64,000 nt of DNA, taken from contig OU015567.1 of assembly GCA_907165135.1 (NCBI GenBank), forward strand, positions 2,170,001-2,234,000, given 5' to 3'. Below are positions 24,167 to 36,094 of the stretch, piece by piece. The stretch's first letter is position 1, and each line of letters starts with the position of its first letter. The notes beneath the pieces were generated by a model. The model had not been told where the DNA came from and did not search any database. It worked only from the letters and a program-made list of their open reading frames with translations. This DNA is from Oikopleura dioica. Taxonomy: Eukaryota > Animalia > Chordata. The translations under genes and the position numbers were made by a program.

Positions 24167-27100
24167 ATGGACAATGTTACTGTTAGCATGCAGAATATAC
24201 ACAGTAAGTGCAAGCAATAATCTCCCCTTGAGTTCGTTATTTTTCATGAGTTTTCTGACTGAACTCATATGATTCTGTCACTCCCGGACACATTCATATG
24301 AACCACACGACTTCATCAATAATGCTCTTAATTGCAAAAGCAAGGATAAAAGCCCAACAACTTCTCCCCCTTTTTCAGAACTTCCAAGATGATCTCAGAA
24401 CAAGGGCTCTTGCCCCTTATCATGTCAAATAACACAAGAAATTTTTTTATGGAAAAGTTTTTTAAATCGGCCTTCGAGCCAAGCCGCCAGGTTCTCCGAC
24501 ATATACTGTACGGAAAACTAAACGAACTCCGCTGGCTCTTGAAAAATTACATCGCCAAAAGCTACTTTTGTAAGTTTCGGTTTTCGGAGTTTTTTTATTA
24601 TTCAGATAATGACGTAATCGGAAGTACTTTTCTGAGCCTTTGTTTTGGGCTCCTGGTTGTCGTTTTTTTAACGAGCACTGAAAAAAAAATGGAAAAAATA
24701 ATGAAAAATTAGACTTTTTTTTCAAAAAAAAAAATTTAAAAAAAGAGAAAATGAAATGACGAGCTCAGTTTTGTTCTTGACATAACGTTTTATTCAATTC
24801 AAGGATTTTCATATTTAAAATTGATATCGTCGATACAGTACAAAAAAGTACCTGTATCGTTCCTCGATATCCTCAAAAATTACTTTTGTAAATATGTGGG
24901 TAAAGTTGAATTGATTCTTACGATGGAAAAAAAATCTATAAAGCAAGAACAAATCTCAGAATTATGGTTTTCAAGAGCGATAAATTCTTCCCTTTCTCAA
25001 AATCGTGACTTCATCCCTAAAAAAGCTTTCTAGTTAATTATTTTTAGCGAGCACATGCGAGGACCCGCCGACGAAGCCAAATCCAGTTTATATCGCGAAA
25101 GCATCGATAGCCTTTTTGTTCGTTGTCCTGTCGCTTCCGATGAATATCCTGACAATCTGCGCGCTTTGGAAAAATTTTCGCAAATCTCCAAGGCAGAGAG
25201 TTACGATTCTCTCGAAGGACCACCCTAGTAGAGTGGGCGTCTCCTAGCCCACCTGCACCTTTAGCTGCAACCTTAACTCTTCTCAAAGCTACGCGTTCAT
25301 CATCAACCTCTGCCTCTCAAATATCTTCTTCGCTCTTTTTGTAAACAACCTCGATGCAGTTTGGAACCTCACAGTCCAGTGGTATGCAGGAAACATCGCC
25401 TGTAAAATCTGCCAATTTTTCAAGCAGTTTTCGCTGACCTGGAGCTCCACTGCAGTGACTTGCATTTCGCTGGACAGATGTCTTACCCTGCTTTTTCCGC
25501 TTCTTGCTGGATCAAAGTAAGGACCAAGAAAACTTGAAAAAGAATTTATTGGTTCAGTAGAAGTACGAAAAGAGCAGCTTTGATAATCATTCCGTCGCTG
25601 ATCGCGAATTTCCTGACCTGTGCTCCTGCTTTTGGTGAGTCAAAATAGACTTGAGAGGCTAAGATTAACTTCAGCTTTGTATAAACTCCACGACGGAAAA
25701 GTGTGCAACATCGAGCGATACCGTCAATGCGTCGACTTCATGGGCAATTACACGATCGAGCAGCGCAATCGATATTATTCAGCTCTGATGACACTTCAAT
25801 TCATCATTCCAGGCGCGTACTCGCTCTGATACCATCACTTTCGCTAAATTACTTTTGACGAGTCTGTCGATCAGCCGTTGTTAATACCATTTGCTCGGGA
25901 TTGTTGATATACGAAGTGGCGAAAATGATTCGCACGGAAAAAGGTACTTGTTGAAAATTTAACCTGTCGGCGCGAAAGGGCACAAAATGTGTCAGCGAAA
26001 TAATGAACAGTCTTTTGATGATAAAATTCAAATGTGTTTAACATTTTTTGAAGCAAGAACATCCATTCCAACTCGTAAGTATTCTTCCAGCTCATTTTTA
26101 ACCCTCTCTCACCCAAGCTCTCGGAATCGGAATGCGGCAAAGGTCTCTCAATGCGCTCAAACGCGCCAGGCTCAGAATGTTCTTCAGACCTCGTGCTAGC
26201 AATCTCAGTTAGTTCAGGCTCTAGATCTGTTCATACCACAAACTGAGGGGTTAAAAATTAACCCGTCTATCTCATGAGTCCCTTTTTCATCAACTAACCT
26301 CGCCATTGAATCTTGATTATTTCTCATCCTGTTTCTCAAACGAAAAAATATTTTTCGAATTTGAGAATTCCATTTTCTAACCCGTTGAAGTTAGTAGGAA
26401 ACAAACATGACCACCATTCGGTCATGAGTTAAACTTTTTTACAGGTATGATTGGACAGTCGAGAAAATCAGTTACATCAGTGGCGAAAGCGAAAAGAAAG
26501 CTAGAGAGATTAGCTGTTGTTCTCATCTTTGCTTTCTGGTATGCGATGTTAGATTTCGTTCTTTACTGTCACTATCTTCAGCTTCTGTTACGGACCATAT
26601 TATGGGCACGCGCTATTAACTGGTTGGGGCGATCCATCTACAATTTCTTCCAGCAAAGCTCTTCTAAGTAGCTTTTCCCTAAACTAACGTCCTTTCTATT
26701 ATTAATTTTAGTCTGGGTCCAGTCCTGTCTTTACCTGGTCCCATTACTGTACTCTCTCGTTTTCTGCTCAATGCTTTCCGACGTCAGAGAGGTAAAAAAA
26801 AACATCGTATCTAAATGGACTGAGTGATTTTTAGTACGCGCGAAATTTGTTCGATTTCAGTGGCAAAATAGAAGCCAGGGCGACCATGAGTAACGTAAGT
26901 TATCCTTTCTAGAGCGATTCTCTAGAACTTCGAAATTCAGACTTTTTTACTAAAAAGCTTCGATCCAGAGGTAAAACTAGAATTCGCATTTTCGCAAATT
27001 TAGATCTTTCATCTTCATTTTTTAGTATCAAACATCTCCAACAATGATCACCAGGCACTGTTCATACTCACTCTCGATTCTTGACTCTAGAACTCTAACT

Positions 27101-27441
27101 GACAATCTAAATCCTCGTTTATCAATCCCCATTATTAGAAAATCCTTGAAATTCTGCGCCTTTCAAAGCTTGAACAAAACACCAGATTCTCCAATCGCCC
27201 GAGTCCAATGCCCAGTGCTTCTGGCACTCCAAAACTACCTCTTCGCGATCTTCCATTCTCAAAGCAAGAAAGCTCCAATCTTTTGTCCACCAGCCCCTCA
27301 ATGGATTCAGAAAAGCTGATCATTCCAAAACGCGAGAATGGAAATGTCTTCACGACTCTCCAGCTAGACGAGCACGGCGACGCATTGGTGGATCAAAGTC
27401 GGCCTCGATCGCCGCGAAATTTTATCGTTGATAAATTATAA
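24167..27441 (+). CDS. Class A GPCR, GnRH-receptor-like
   Basis: TM1 IAFLFVVLSLPMNILTI; TM2-ECL1-TM3 FIINLCLSNIFFALF..DAVWNLTVQWYAGNIACKICQFFKQFSL..ISLDRC (GnRH/AKH/vasopressin receptor signature); ECL2 RQCV; TM5 LQFIIP; TM6 KAKRKLERLAVVLIFAFCYGPYY; TM7 LVPLLYS; Ser-rich tail ending at 27441. The start MDNVT at 24167 is tentative. Confidence 0.85.
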
Positions 27442-28136
27442 GATTTGTAAAGTTTACTTTCTGTGTTAATAAAAATATTTATTTCTGTACATTTTCGTTG
27501 ATTTTCCTGCGAAAAAGCTAGTGCAAATGCGAAATCGAAAGGTTTCCTGCAAAGAAAATGAGACAAGACATATTTTGTGAGAGAAATTGATTTTATTCAG
27601 GACAATGAATGAGGCGAAGGCTTAACTTTTTGAACACGGGCAGTTTCACTTTTCAGAAGTTATCTCTCTCTTCAGTAGTGGACACCATCTGAACCGCCCG
27701 CTAGAAGAACCATTCGCCCATTCTTGACATTCCCGTTTGCTAGAAATTTTTGGATTAGACTTCATTCTGCAATAATTCACCTGAATTTACCTTTTTTTAC
27801 TGCTTCTCGGACCGGAAAAATCCGTAGACTGAGAGATTCATTTGTTGAGCCCTGACAACAACAATTTATCTAGAGACTTTTTCTTGAAAATACTGAAAAC
27901 ATTGGCGCTCTCTAGAGAATTTTTTGCTATCACGCGGTTAGTGTGAAGAAGTTTCACGAATTATGGAAACTGAAATCAAACATTGATTATTATTTTGATT
28001 CAAGCAGTCTCGATTTTAGCCCGATCGGTCGGAAAATACCCAGTTCTTCCAGCAGCGTCGCGGATCTTCCAGTAGCAGAGGAGTTTTCTGATTTTCCCAC
28101 GCGCTTTTTCCTCCCTGCCAGGCGCAATAAAAAATA

Positions 28137-28560
28137 ATGAAAAAATTAGACAAGTTCATTTTTGCCCATATTTACCGGCGATATGAGGACGAAAGCGTAG
28201 AGAATCAATCGCGAATTTTATGCTTTTCCAGTTTAGCGGAAGAAATTCGAAGAGATAAACAATCGAGAGGGCTTATTTTGAAGAATTTCGACGATATTCT
28301 CGGGAAAAATACTTATTTAGTGGGAGAAAGTGTTAATTTATGCGATATTGCTCTTTTCTCCGCGTTATGAAAGGTTCAAACTGTCGATTTACCGTTATTT
28401 TTGCCCGGAAAGGGGCTTTCCAAAGCGGATTCTGGTGATTTTCGCGCTTTGAATCTTTAAAAGTCAAGGATCAAAGCCTGTTTTCTCAATATTCCAATAT
28501 TGTTCGATACATGAACAACCTTTCAACCTCTTTCTCGACCGTTTTCTGTGAAAATGAGGG
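28137..28560 (+). CDS. GST-like domain exons, probably an N-terminal extension of GlyRS (alternatively a separate AIMP3-like gene ending at 28564)
   Basis: LKNFDDILGKNTYLVGESVNLCDIALFSAL matches the GST C-terminal helix motif, followed by YSNIVRYMNNL. An in-frame TGA (28368-28370) requires a non-canonical intron ~28369-28463. Confidence 0.65.
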
Positions 28561-28611
28561 GTAAAAAGTGTGGCTTACAAGATTTCTTATCCGACTAACA
28601 CAAATGCTCTT

Positions 28612-28692
28612 GTGTAGAAAACCTGAGTCAGGTCCTATAAAGCGATTTTGCAAAACCTAATCATTTTAAACCCTCTCTCAGGTTTTCTACAC
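28612..28692. mobile_element. Tiny inverted-repeat element in the GST-GlyRS intron/spacer
   Basis: GTGTAGAAAACCTGAG (28612-28627) ... CTCAGGTTTTCTACAC (28677-28692), perfect 16-bp inverted repeat. Confidence 0.6.
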
Positions 28693-28759
28693 GGGTTGCC
28701 CTCTTCACTTTGTTTCTGTTTCCATTTTTAAATTTCAAGATTTGATGGTTCGTTTCAGA

Positions 28760-31700
28760 ATGGAAGATATTGACTCGATCCTCGAGCCTCTCCGCCTTTC
28801 GGTAAAAGAACAAGGTGATATCGTCCGAGAACTGAAGGCGCAAAAAGCTCCTGAGCTCGACATCAAAACTGCCGTCGCCGAACTCAAGAAGCGAAAGAAG
28901 GCGCTGCAAGACAAGGAAAATGAACTGGTCGCCGCAGAAGCTCCTTTCGATCGAGTACAATTCGAAGCATGTTTGAAGAAGCGATTTTTCTTCGGCCAAG
29001 CGTTCGAGATCTACGGCGGCGTGGCGGGCTTGTTCGACTACGGACCGGTCGGATGCATGCTGAAAAACAACGTGATCGATCTTTGGAGAAGACATTTCAT
29101 CACGAACGATGACATGTTAGAAGTAGAGTGCACGATGATGACTCCATCAAAAGTGCTGGAAGCGTCGGGACATGCGCAGAGATTTGCAGATTTGATGGTC
29201 AAAGATTTGACGAATGGAGATTGCTTCAGGAACGGATGAATTCTGATTATCACAAACAACTGTAAATGTGAGTTATGGTCATGAAATGCTTTAATAAAAG
29301 CTGCGTAGTGGCAGTCCTAGCCTAGGAATCAAGCCGCTAAAGTTGAGCGGCTAAACGGCTTTACCTAAGTCACCATCTCAGTCTTTCTATCCTTCGAAAA
29401 GAGCTGACCACCTCCTGGAAGCCGCGATCGAAAAAGCCTTGACAGACAAAACAACTTCGGAAGAACTAAAAGCCGACATGCGGGCCACTTCTCCCCTCAT
29501 CGAAGGTTTTTCAAAAGAAGAACTGGGCGCCAAACTGAGCCAGTACAAAGTAAAGTCTCCTTCCAGTGGCGGCGACATTTCCGAACCGATGGAATTCAAC
29601 TTGATGTTTCGCAGCGAAATCGGCCCGACCGGGGCGCAACCAGCTTTTCTTCGCCCAGAAACGGCGCAAGGCATCTTTTTGAATTTCAAACGCTTACTGG
29701 ATTTCAACAACGGAAAGTTGCCTTTTGCTGGAGCGCAGATTGGGCATTCTTTCAGAAACGAAATCGCTCCTCGAGCAGGTAAATAAAATGAATACGCAGA
29801 ATAAATTAGCTGCTTTCAGGTCTGATCCGCTGCCGAGAATTCCAAATGGCCGAGATCGAGCACTTCTACGACCCAGCAGATGCTTCTCACTCCAGCCTCG
29901 AAAGCGTCAAAGAACTAATCCTTCCTTTCTTCACGAAAGATGCGCAAATGGGTGGTGGAAAATTGACCAAATGTTCGATCGGCGAAGCGCTGAAGAATGG
30001 AGTTCTTTGCAACGAAACTTTGGCTTATTTTATCGGTAGAATTTTCTTGTTTGCGAAGGCAATCGGCATTGATCCTGCTAGAATGCGATTCAGGCAGGGT
30101 CATGAAAAATTGGTGGAAGCGTGGTGGATTAGCGCTTCTCGCACCTCGCGCTCCACTGCGCCTCGGGGGAGTGAAAGTAAATTCCACCGCGGGCCGGTGG
30201 AAAATCTTCTACCATCCACCGGTGGATCTACCAAGGCCGGTGGATTTTGAAAATTTTTATTTTTTTTTATAAATTTATCGTCCCGAGGATACTTTTTCGG
30301 GGACTAAGAATGATTTATATTATTCTCAAAGGATTATTCTTAGGTATTATATCGGAAATTGCATGAGTACTCACTCTGTATGAAGTAAACCGTATACTTA
30401 GAGTTTTTTCGGGAACAGCGAAGTTTCCTAATTAAAATAAAATTTTATTCATAAAATAATTTTTCCAGCCGATTCCAACGATACCAAAATCTTTTTGATA
30501 GCATGATTTTATGGAAGGCAGGCTTAAGAATTCACATAAAGTGAAGTGATTTTTCACCCAAGTGTTCAAGGGCACCTGCTAATTCTCTTCTCGAAATAAC
30601 TCAACATGAACCTACTACTTCCGGGAACCTTTTCGTGTTAATCACCCGGTGTTATTTGCATCTGATTCTGAGTACAGGGTCACAGTAAGCACCCACCGAG
30701 ATTATGGCGCGCGCTAATGCTTTTGGGCTCCCGCGCGGCGCGTAAAGCACTTCCACTCTCTTATCTGACGACTGTGTGCGACAGGAAGAACCAGGAAAAT
30801 TTTTGGGGGCAGTAAGAAAAGTATCTGATAAACAACATATCGAAAAATTAATGACATGCAAGACGTGCTCTATATGATTTGCCTCTTTGAAAAATAAATT
30901 TTGAGTTTTCATTAATTATTGAACATTTTCTGCCTAATCTTTTTCAATATTTGGAATCCCGGTGTTATTTTTGATAGATTCCCTACGGTGATATGCGGTC
31001 AATAGGAGATTTATCTCCCAGTTCGTATTTTGGCGAAATAGGAGATTTATCTCCCAGTTCGAACTTTTGTGAAATAGGAGATTATTTTCTCCCAGTTCAA
31101 TTTTGACAAAAACTGCGGTAAATGGGAGATTTTTTGAACAATTTTTTAGTGATTAATAGTTTATTATAATCCTGTTAATTCAATAAATTCATGAATAAGC
31201 ACCTTGCAGGATAAGATTAAATTGGAACTTGGAGAAAAAGAAGAAGACAACAGTCACGGAATGTCACGAATGTCACAAATGTCACGGAAACAGAGGTAAA
31301 TGATTAAGATTTGAGATTGGTCGAAAGTAAAATTTGAATAATTCGATCAAAAGAAACATCTTTTGACCCTCTAAAACGAAACTGACTAATAATAAGCATT
31401 GTATCTTCATGGCGTTGCAAGGATGCTTTGGAAACTTTTCTTGCTTTCGATTTAAAATTATTTTGAAAATCAAATTGCTGATACCAGAATTCGTCCCGAA
31501 GGACAAAAATTCGGTCAATTGCGCGTGTTTTTCGACTCTCCTCAAGAGCAGTTTTAAATTTTTGATTTGCGCGCTCGATTGCGTTGGATGTTTTATCACA
31601 CCAGAGAGTCGTTGATTGAAGAACATTCCACCAGCAAAGGAAATTTGAATCTTTTTCGAAACGCGAAAGAAAAGTTTAAGTGTGGTGATCTAACGGTGGG

Positions 31701-33161
31701 TTCCTGCTAAGCGCAGGAATGAACTACCCGAGTTGAAAGTGACATTCTCCCACCAGGCCCGGTGGATTTTGCTTGCCTTCCACCATGGCGCAGTGGAGCG
31801 CGAGGCGCGAGAAGCGTTAATCCACCACGCTTCCACCAATTTTTCATGACCCTGGATTCAGGTATGCCTGTTGCAAAACGAACATATAAAAATGCGCTTC
31901 AGACAGCACATGGACAATGAAATGGCCCACTACGCAAAAGACTGCTGGGATCTCGAATGCCGAACCTCCTACGGCTGGGTAGAGTGCGTCGGTTGCGCCG
32001 ACCGCTCCTGCTTCGATCTCCAATGCCACGCCGAAGCTTCCAAAGTCAATTTGCAAGCAGAGCGCACTCTTCCTCAACCAATCGAAAAAGAAGTCTTTGA
32101 AGCGATTCCGGTAAAGAAGTTCATCGCCAAGCAGTTCAAAAAAGACACTCCCGCGGTGACAGAAGCGATTGTTTCAGCCGACGCCGCCGATTTAGAAAAA
32201 CAATTCGAAAACAGCGAAAAAATCACACTCGCTGGCTTCGAAATCAGCAAAGAAATGATCCAGTTGAAAAAGAGCGTCAAGAAATTCCACACAGAGTCGT
32301 TTACCCCGTTCGTGATTGAGCCCAGTTTCGGAATCGGAAGATTAATCTACGCCTGCTTGGAACATAACTACGATTGCAGAGAAAAAGATGCGGAGAGGAG
32401 GTTTTCACGATTCCACCGCTCGTTGCGCCCTACAAATGCTCCGTCTTGCCGCTTTCGAATAAACCCGAGTTTGATCCGTTCATCAACACTATTTCTTCCG
32501 GTCTAAAGGTTAGTTTAAACTACCCCAATTTTATCCCTGTTTGTCAACTAAGACCAAAAATAACGTTTTGATTTAGTTTCATTTTAGTCCAATTATTCTC
32601 TTTCAGCTACAAAAGAGCTCCTCTCCCCATTTCAGACCACTTGTACCTCTCCCTAATGTATCAGACAAAAGCTTTTCCTGATTTTCTTCATTTTAGAGCC
32701 TGTCAGTAGCCCACAAAGTCGACAAATCATCTGGATCAATTGGAAAACGATACGCTAGAACAGATGAAATCGCAGTTCCATTCGGGTAAGTTCCGTTACT
32801 TCGCTGACTTTTCAGAAAACTCCTGGACTAGAATGTTCCATGTTCGAATCATGCTTTTTGCAGACAAAAGTGTATTTTGCAAGAGAAGCAAAAGCTACTT
32901 ACTCGTGAAAAGCGCATGATAAAAGCATGGAAAATAAAGTAACAAATTTTTTTCAGCGTCACCGTCGATTTCCACACCGTGAAAATTACGCCAGCTACGG
33001 TGACCCTTCGAGATCGAGACACGCTCGATCAAATTCGAGTGCCAGTTCAAGACACAGCGAATTTGATCAATGAGATGGCCAGCCAGCGGCAGTCCTGGGC
33101 ACAAGTTGCGGCAAGATACCCTTCCCAAGACGACTGGCTCAAGGAAAATCCTCTAGAATAA
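28760..33161 (+). CDS. GARS: Glycyl-tRNA synthetase (WHEP + class II core + anticodon-binding domain), interrupted by a hAT element and carrying a 1-nt frameshift at ~32400
   Basis: [26 protein letters not shown]; GLFDYGPVG; CFR|ADHLL; [22 protein letters not shown]; FRNEIAPR; MAEIEHF; RFRQHM..EMAHYA.DCWD; [11 protein letters not shown]; [11 protein letters not shown]; [11 protein letters not shown]; [13 protein letters not shown]; [13 protein letters not shown]. Confidence 0.95.
30095..31854. mobile_element. Non-autonomous hAT-type DNA transposon, 1760 bp
   Basis: About 68-bp near-perfect TIRs starting CAGGGTCATGAAAAATTGGTGGAAG; 8-bp TSD GATTCAGG at 30087-30094 and 31855-31862; CCACC/GGTGG subterminal repeats; no transposase ORF recognised. 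Confidence 0.93.
31001..31105. repeat. Three ~36-bp tandem repeats inside the hAT element
   Basis: AATAGGAGATTTATCTCCCAGTTCG.. three times, each with an internal GGAGAT/ATCTCC palindrome; a (GTCACGAAT)-like x4 tract is at ~31252-31290. Confidence 0.85.
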
Positions 33162-33399
33162 TCTCTTACTTGATTTGTCTTAGAAAAACTAGGTGCTTTT
33201 CCTTTCCCCTTTTAGGTTAAATTAAAATTTAGCAATATTTTCAACTGTTACAGTAGCAAATCCTGACTTTTCAAAGTTCAAACTACTATCTAAATAATAA
33301 CTTAAATACTGAAGTTAAAAATAAACAAAGAGAGCTTGTAAATTTGTTTATTTGTGTCATTTAGTGGGCTGAAGGGTTTATATCTTGCGAAAGAAAGAC

Positions 33400-34070
33400 G
33401 AACTTGTTAAATCTTCAATTGAAATCAATGTCATTCCAAGTCAGGGCCCGTTGTTCCAAGTTTTCTCGCACTGCGGCGCAGTAGTTCTTGAAATCATTTG
33501 TGACCCTCAGCTCTAAAATACGCAATTAGCCCCCTTCTTCGCGCCTTTCTTCATACCTTTTGGGTCTCTTTTCGCTCTGAGCCGCCAAACTATCGAGGGT
33601 AACGCCGCATTGAGTCCTTCCAGAAGATCTTCTCTTTCTCCAAGCTCTTTTTCTAGCTCCAACAATTCGAAATCCGAGAGGAAGGGGAGGACGCGCTCGA
33701 AAATTACATGTCCAGAATGGTGAGAGAGAATTTTCTGAAAAAGATTTTCGAGATTTTTTCGCATTTTTCTATCAGCCAATTTAGATGAGTGTTCCAAAAA
33801 TAGGAGTATAGGATGGACACGCCCACGGTCAATAAAGGTCATTTCTGGTGGAAGGTCAAGGCTTGATTTTGAGTTCAAAACGAGTGTTTCGAGTTATTTT
33901 CGAAAATATATATTCTGCAATTACCTCGATATTGTACAGCATCTTTCTCTTTTGAGTTACTTTTTGTTCTTCTCTTGAATCGACAAAAGATCGACTAACC
34001 TGTGCTACGAAGATTAAATTTTCGAAAGCTGGAATTGAGGCCCTAAGGCCACCACTCATGCTACGCATGG
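33400..34070 (-). CDS. Hypothetical protein, multi-exon
   Basis: ORFs 33513-33878 (IFERVLPFLSDFELLELEKE) and 33856-34089, plus a plausible last exon ELRVTNDFKNYCAAVRE..DFN stop. No firm family. Confidence 0.35.
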
Positions 34071-34354
34071 TAATCCGGTCATCAGACAATTTCGTCTACC
34101 AGAATGTGGTAGCTAAATTTTGGCTACTAGTGCATTTTGACCGCGGAGGAACTTTGTAACCGCCCTGTTTATTTTCCCCAGTAAGCAGATTTTCTTTCAA
34201 TTTATTATAAATACTAAGATTTTGTAAACGAAAATTTCTAGCGATTCTTTCTCTACTGTAATAAAAGAGACGAATGTCTTATAAGCCCTGTCTGATTCGA
34301 ATCTTGTTTGCAACCACAACTTCAAGCAATATGTTCATGATAATGTTTATTTGT

Positions 34355-35890
34355 TTATCTATTTTGTTCAAAACTTGAGTCCATTGAATTCTTGCCGTCT
34401 TCGCGAAGCTGGCGATAAATGATCTTTGAGTGTGTAGGCAGGAATATCGAGGTTGACGCTTGACCCTTTTGAAGACTTGCTTGTAATCGATGCTCTTCTA
34501 GAGGCGTAAAGTGAGTGGGCTGGAGAGGCAAGGCGGGAACAACGGAGGGAGGGGATCGAAGAACCGGCGGAGGAGCGCAGCTGGTTTTCAAATCGTTGAT
34601 GTACTGTAAAAAATTTATCTACAATTGAAGCAAAATTTTTAAAAATTCAAGCCCTCTCTCAAATTAAAAATTAAATCAACTATCGACGATAACTTATCGT
34701 CACTTACGGATTCAATGCAAGTCAGCATCTCACTGTAATTCTCTTTCTTGAAGCTTCTTTGGTACTCACTCTAAAATTCACCAAAAGATTTTTCTTTCTT
34801 GATTTGAGCATCAAATTATTACCGGCAACTTTCCCGCGATTTCTTTAATCCTTGCCTTCAAAATCGCCACATTCAATTTCTCTACATTTCCATCAAACAA
34901 AGCGCCACTATCACTCTTTTCTTCATTTCTCATCTCTCCAACGAAGCAGTTCCCCATCACCGGGATAATTAGCACTTCAACCGGCTGCGGACTCTCTTTT
35001 AATATTTGATCTGCTCCAGAGTCCAAAAAAATCAAATCAAATTTTGCAAAGGAATTCAATTTGGTGCTCAAAAGATAAACCGAGGTTCATGTTGAAAAAC
35101 GGCAGGACGCGAAGATTTTGTCGATAATCTCGTTAAAAATTCAGCATGACATTCATTCAAAACGAAAATCTTTTCCTCTTGACAAGAAGCTTCTATTAGC
35201 GACAAGTAAAATGCCGTCAAAAATGCAAATTATGATCACTAAAATCTTAGCATTATGGGAAGAAAGAATTAAAGTTCATGGATTTCGGCAAATCCACCTC
35301 TGTTTCTAGCGTCTTGAATGAGATAATGAACTGTCAACATTTTTCCTCGGAATTCAGACTCAGCAAAAAATGGCGCCGCATATGGTGGAACATGCATTTC
35401 GACAAGATAATAAATCGAGATTCGTTCCATTTATTTTCTTATCGTTTTATTTCCGTCCGAAACTGGATTATTCTTTTGTCTTGCAAATAATTTTTTTCTA
35501 TAAAAATCTGAATCGACCTCATGAAACTGGTAAGAGTGTGGAATTCTAGAGAAAAATACGAAGAAAAAATTTTAGGGGATATTGCTCGCCAGCGCCTCCA
35601 ATGGTCAAAGACTGATGGGAGGCTTTGAAGATGATTTTGCAGAAAAGGTGGCTTGGGACATTGAATCTGAGGAATCACGTGATACATGTTTTTATATTTC
35701 GCGAATTTTATTATTGCTAAGAACTTGATATAATTGACCAATCTGAAGATCGATGGAAATTTTCGTTATCCAAGGTATCAAATGTAGACTATTACGAAGC
35801 TGTATGTATCATTGTATGAGACTGAAACTCCAGATGGCGCATCTGATGTCCGTGACAAAGGATATCTTGACCCAGGGACGGTTTTAAACA
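34355..35890 (-). CDS. Hypothetical multi-exon protein
   Basis: Protein-like frames 34355-34591, 34811-35071 and MHVPPYAAPFFAESEFRGKMLTVHYLIQD (~35290-35395). Exon chain unresolved. Confidence 0.3.
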
Positions 35891-36094
35891 GTTATGCTCG
35901 GCAAAAGATTCTTATCTTCTGAACCACTTTGCTAACCCCTCTCGCATCTTTTTCCCCAAACTTGCGAAAAGGATCATGTCAAATAAAATCAACAAAAAGG
36001 GCACTGGTGCGATCAACAAGGAATCGACATCGATGGCAAAAACAAGTTCAACCTTGACTCGCTCAAATTTCGACACCAGCTTGAGTCCAACGAT

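Noticed and set aside
31001-31105. CRISPR-like repeat array
   Set aside because: Units are directly tandem with no unique spacers, lie inside a eukaryotic transposon, and there are no cas genes.
30250-31700. Transposase inside the hAT element
   Set aside because: Only short ORFs (30652-30912, 31282-31626, 31409-31615) with no BED finger, DDE or dimerisation motif.
34811-35700. Cupin/JmjC/homogentisate dioxygenase-like assignment (EVLIIPVMGNCFV, LTIGGAG)
   Set aside because: Only short, by-eye similarity; no metal-binding motif could be assembled across exons.
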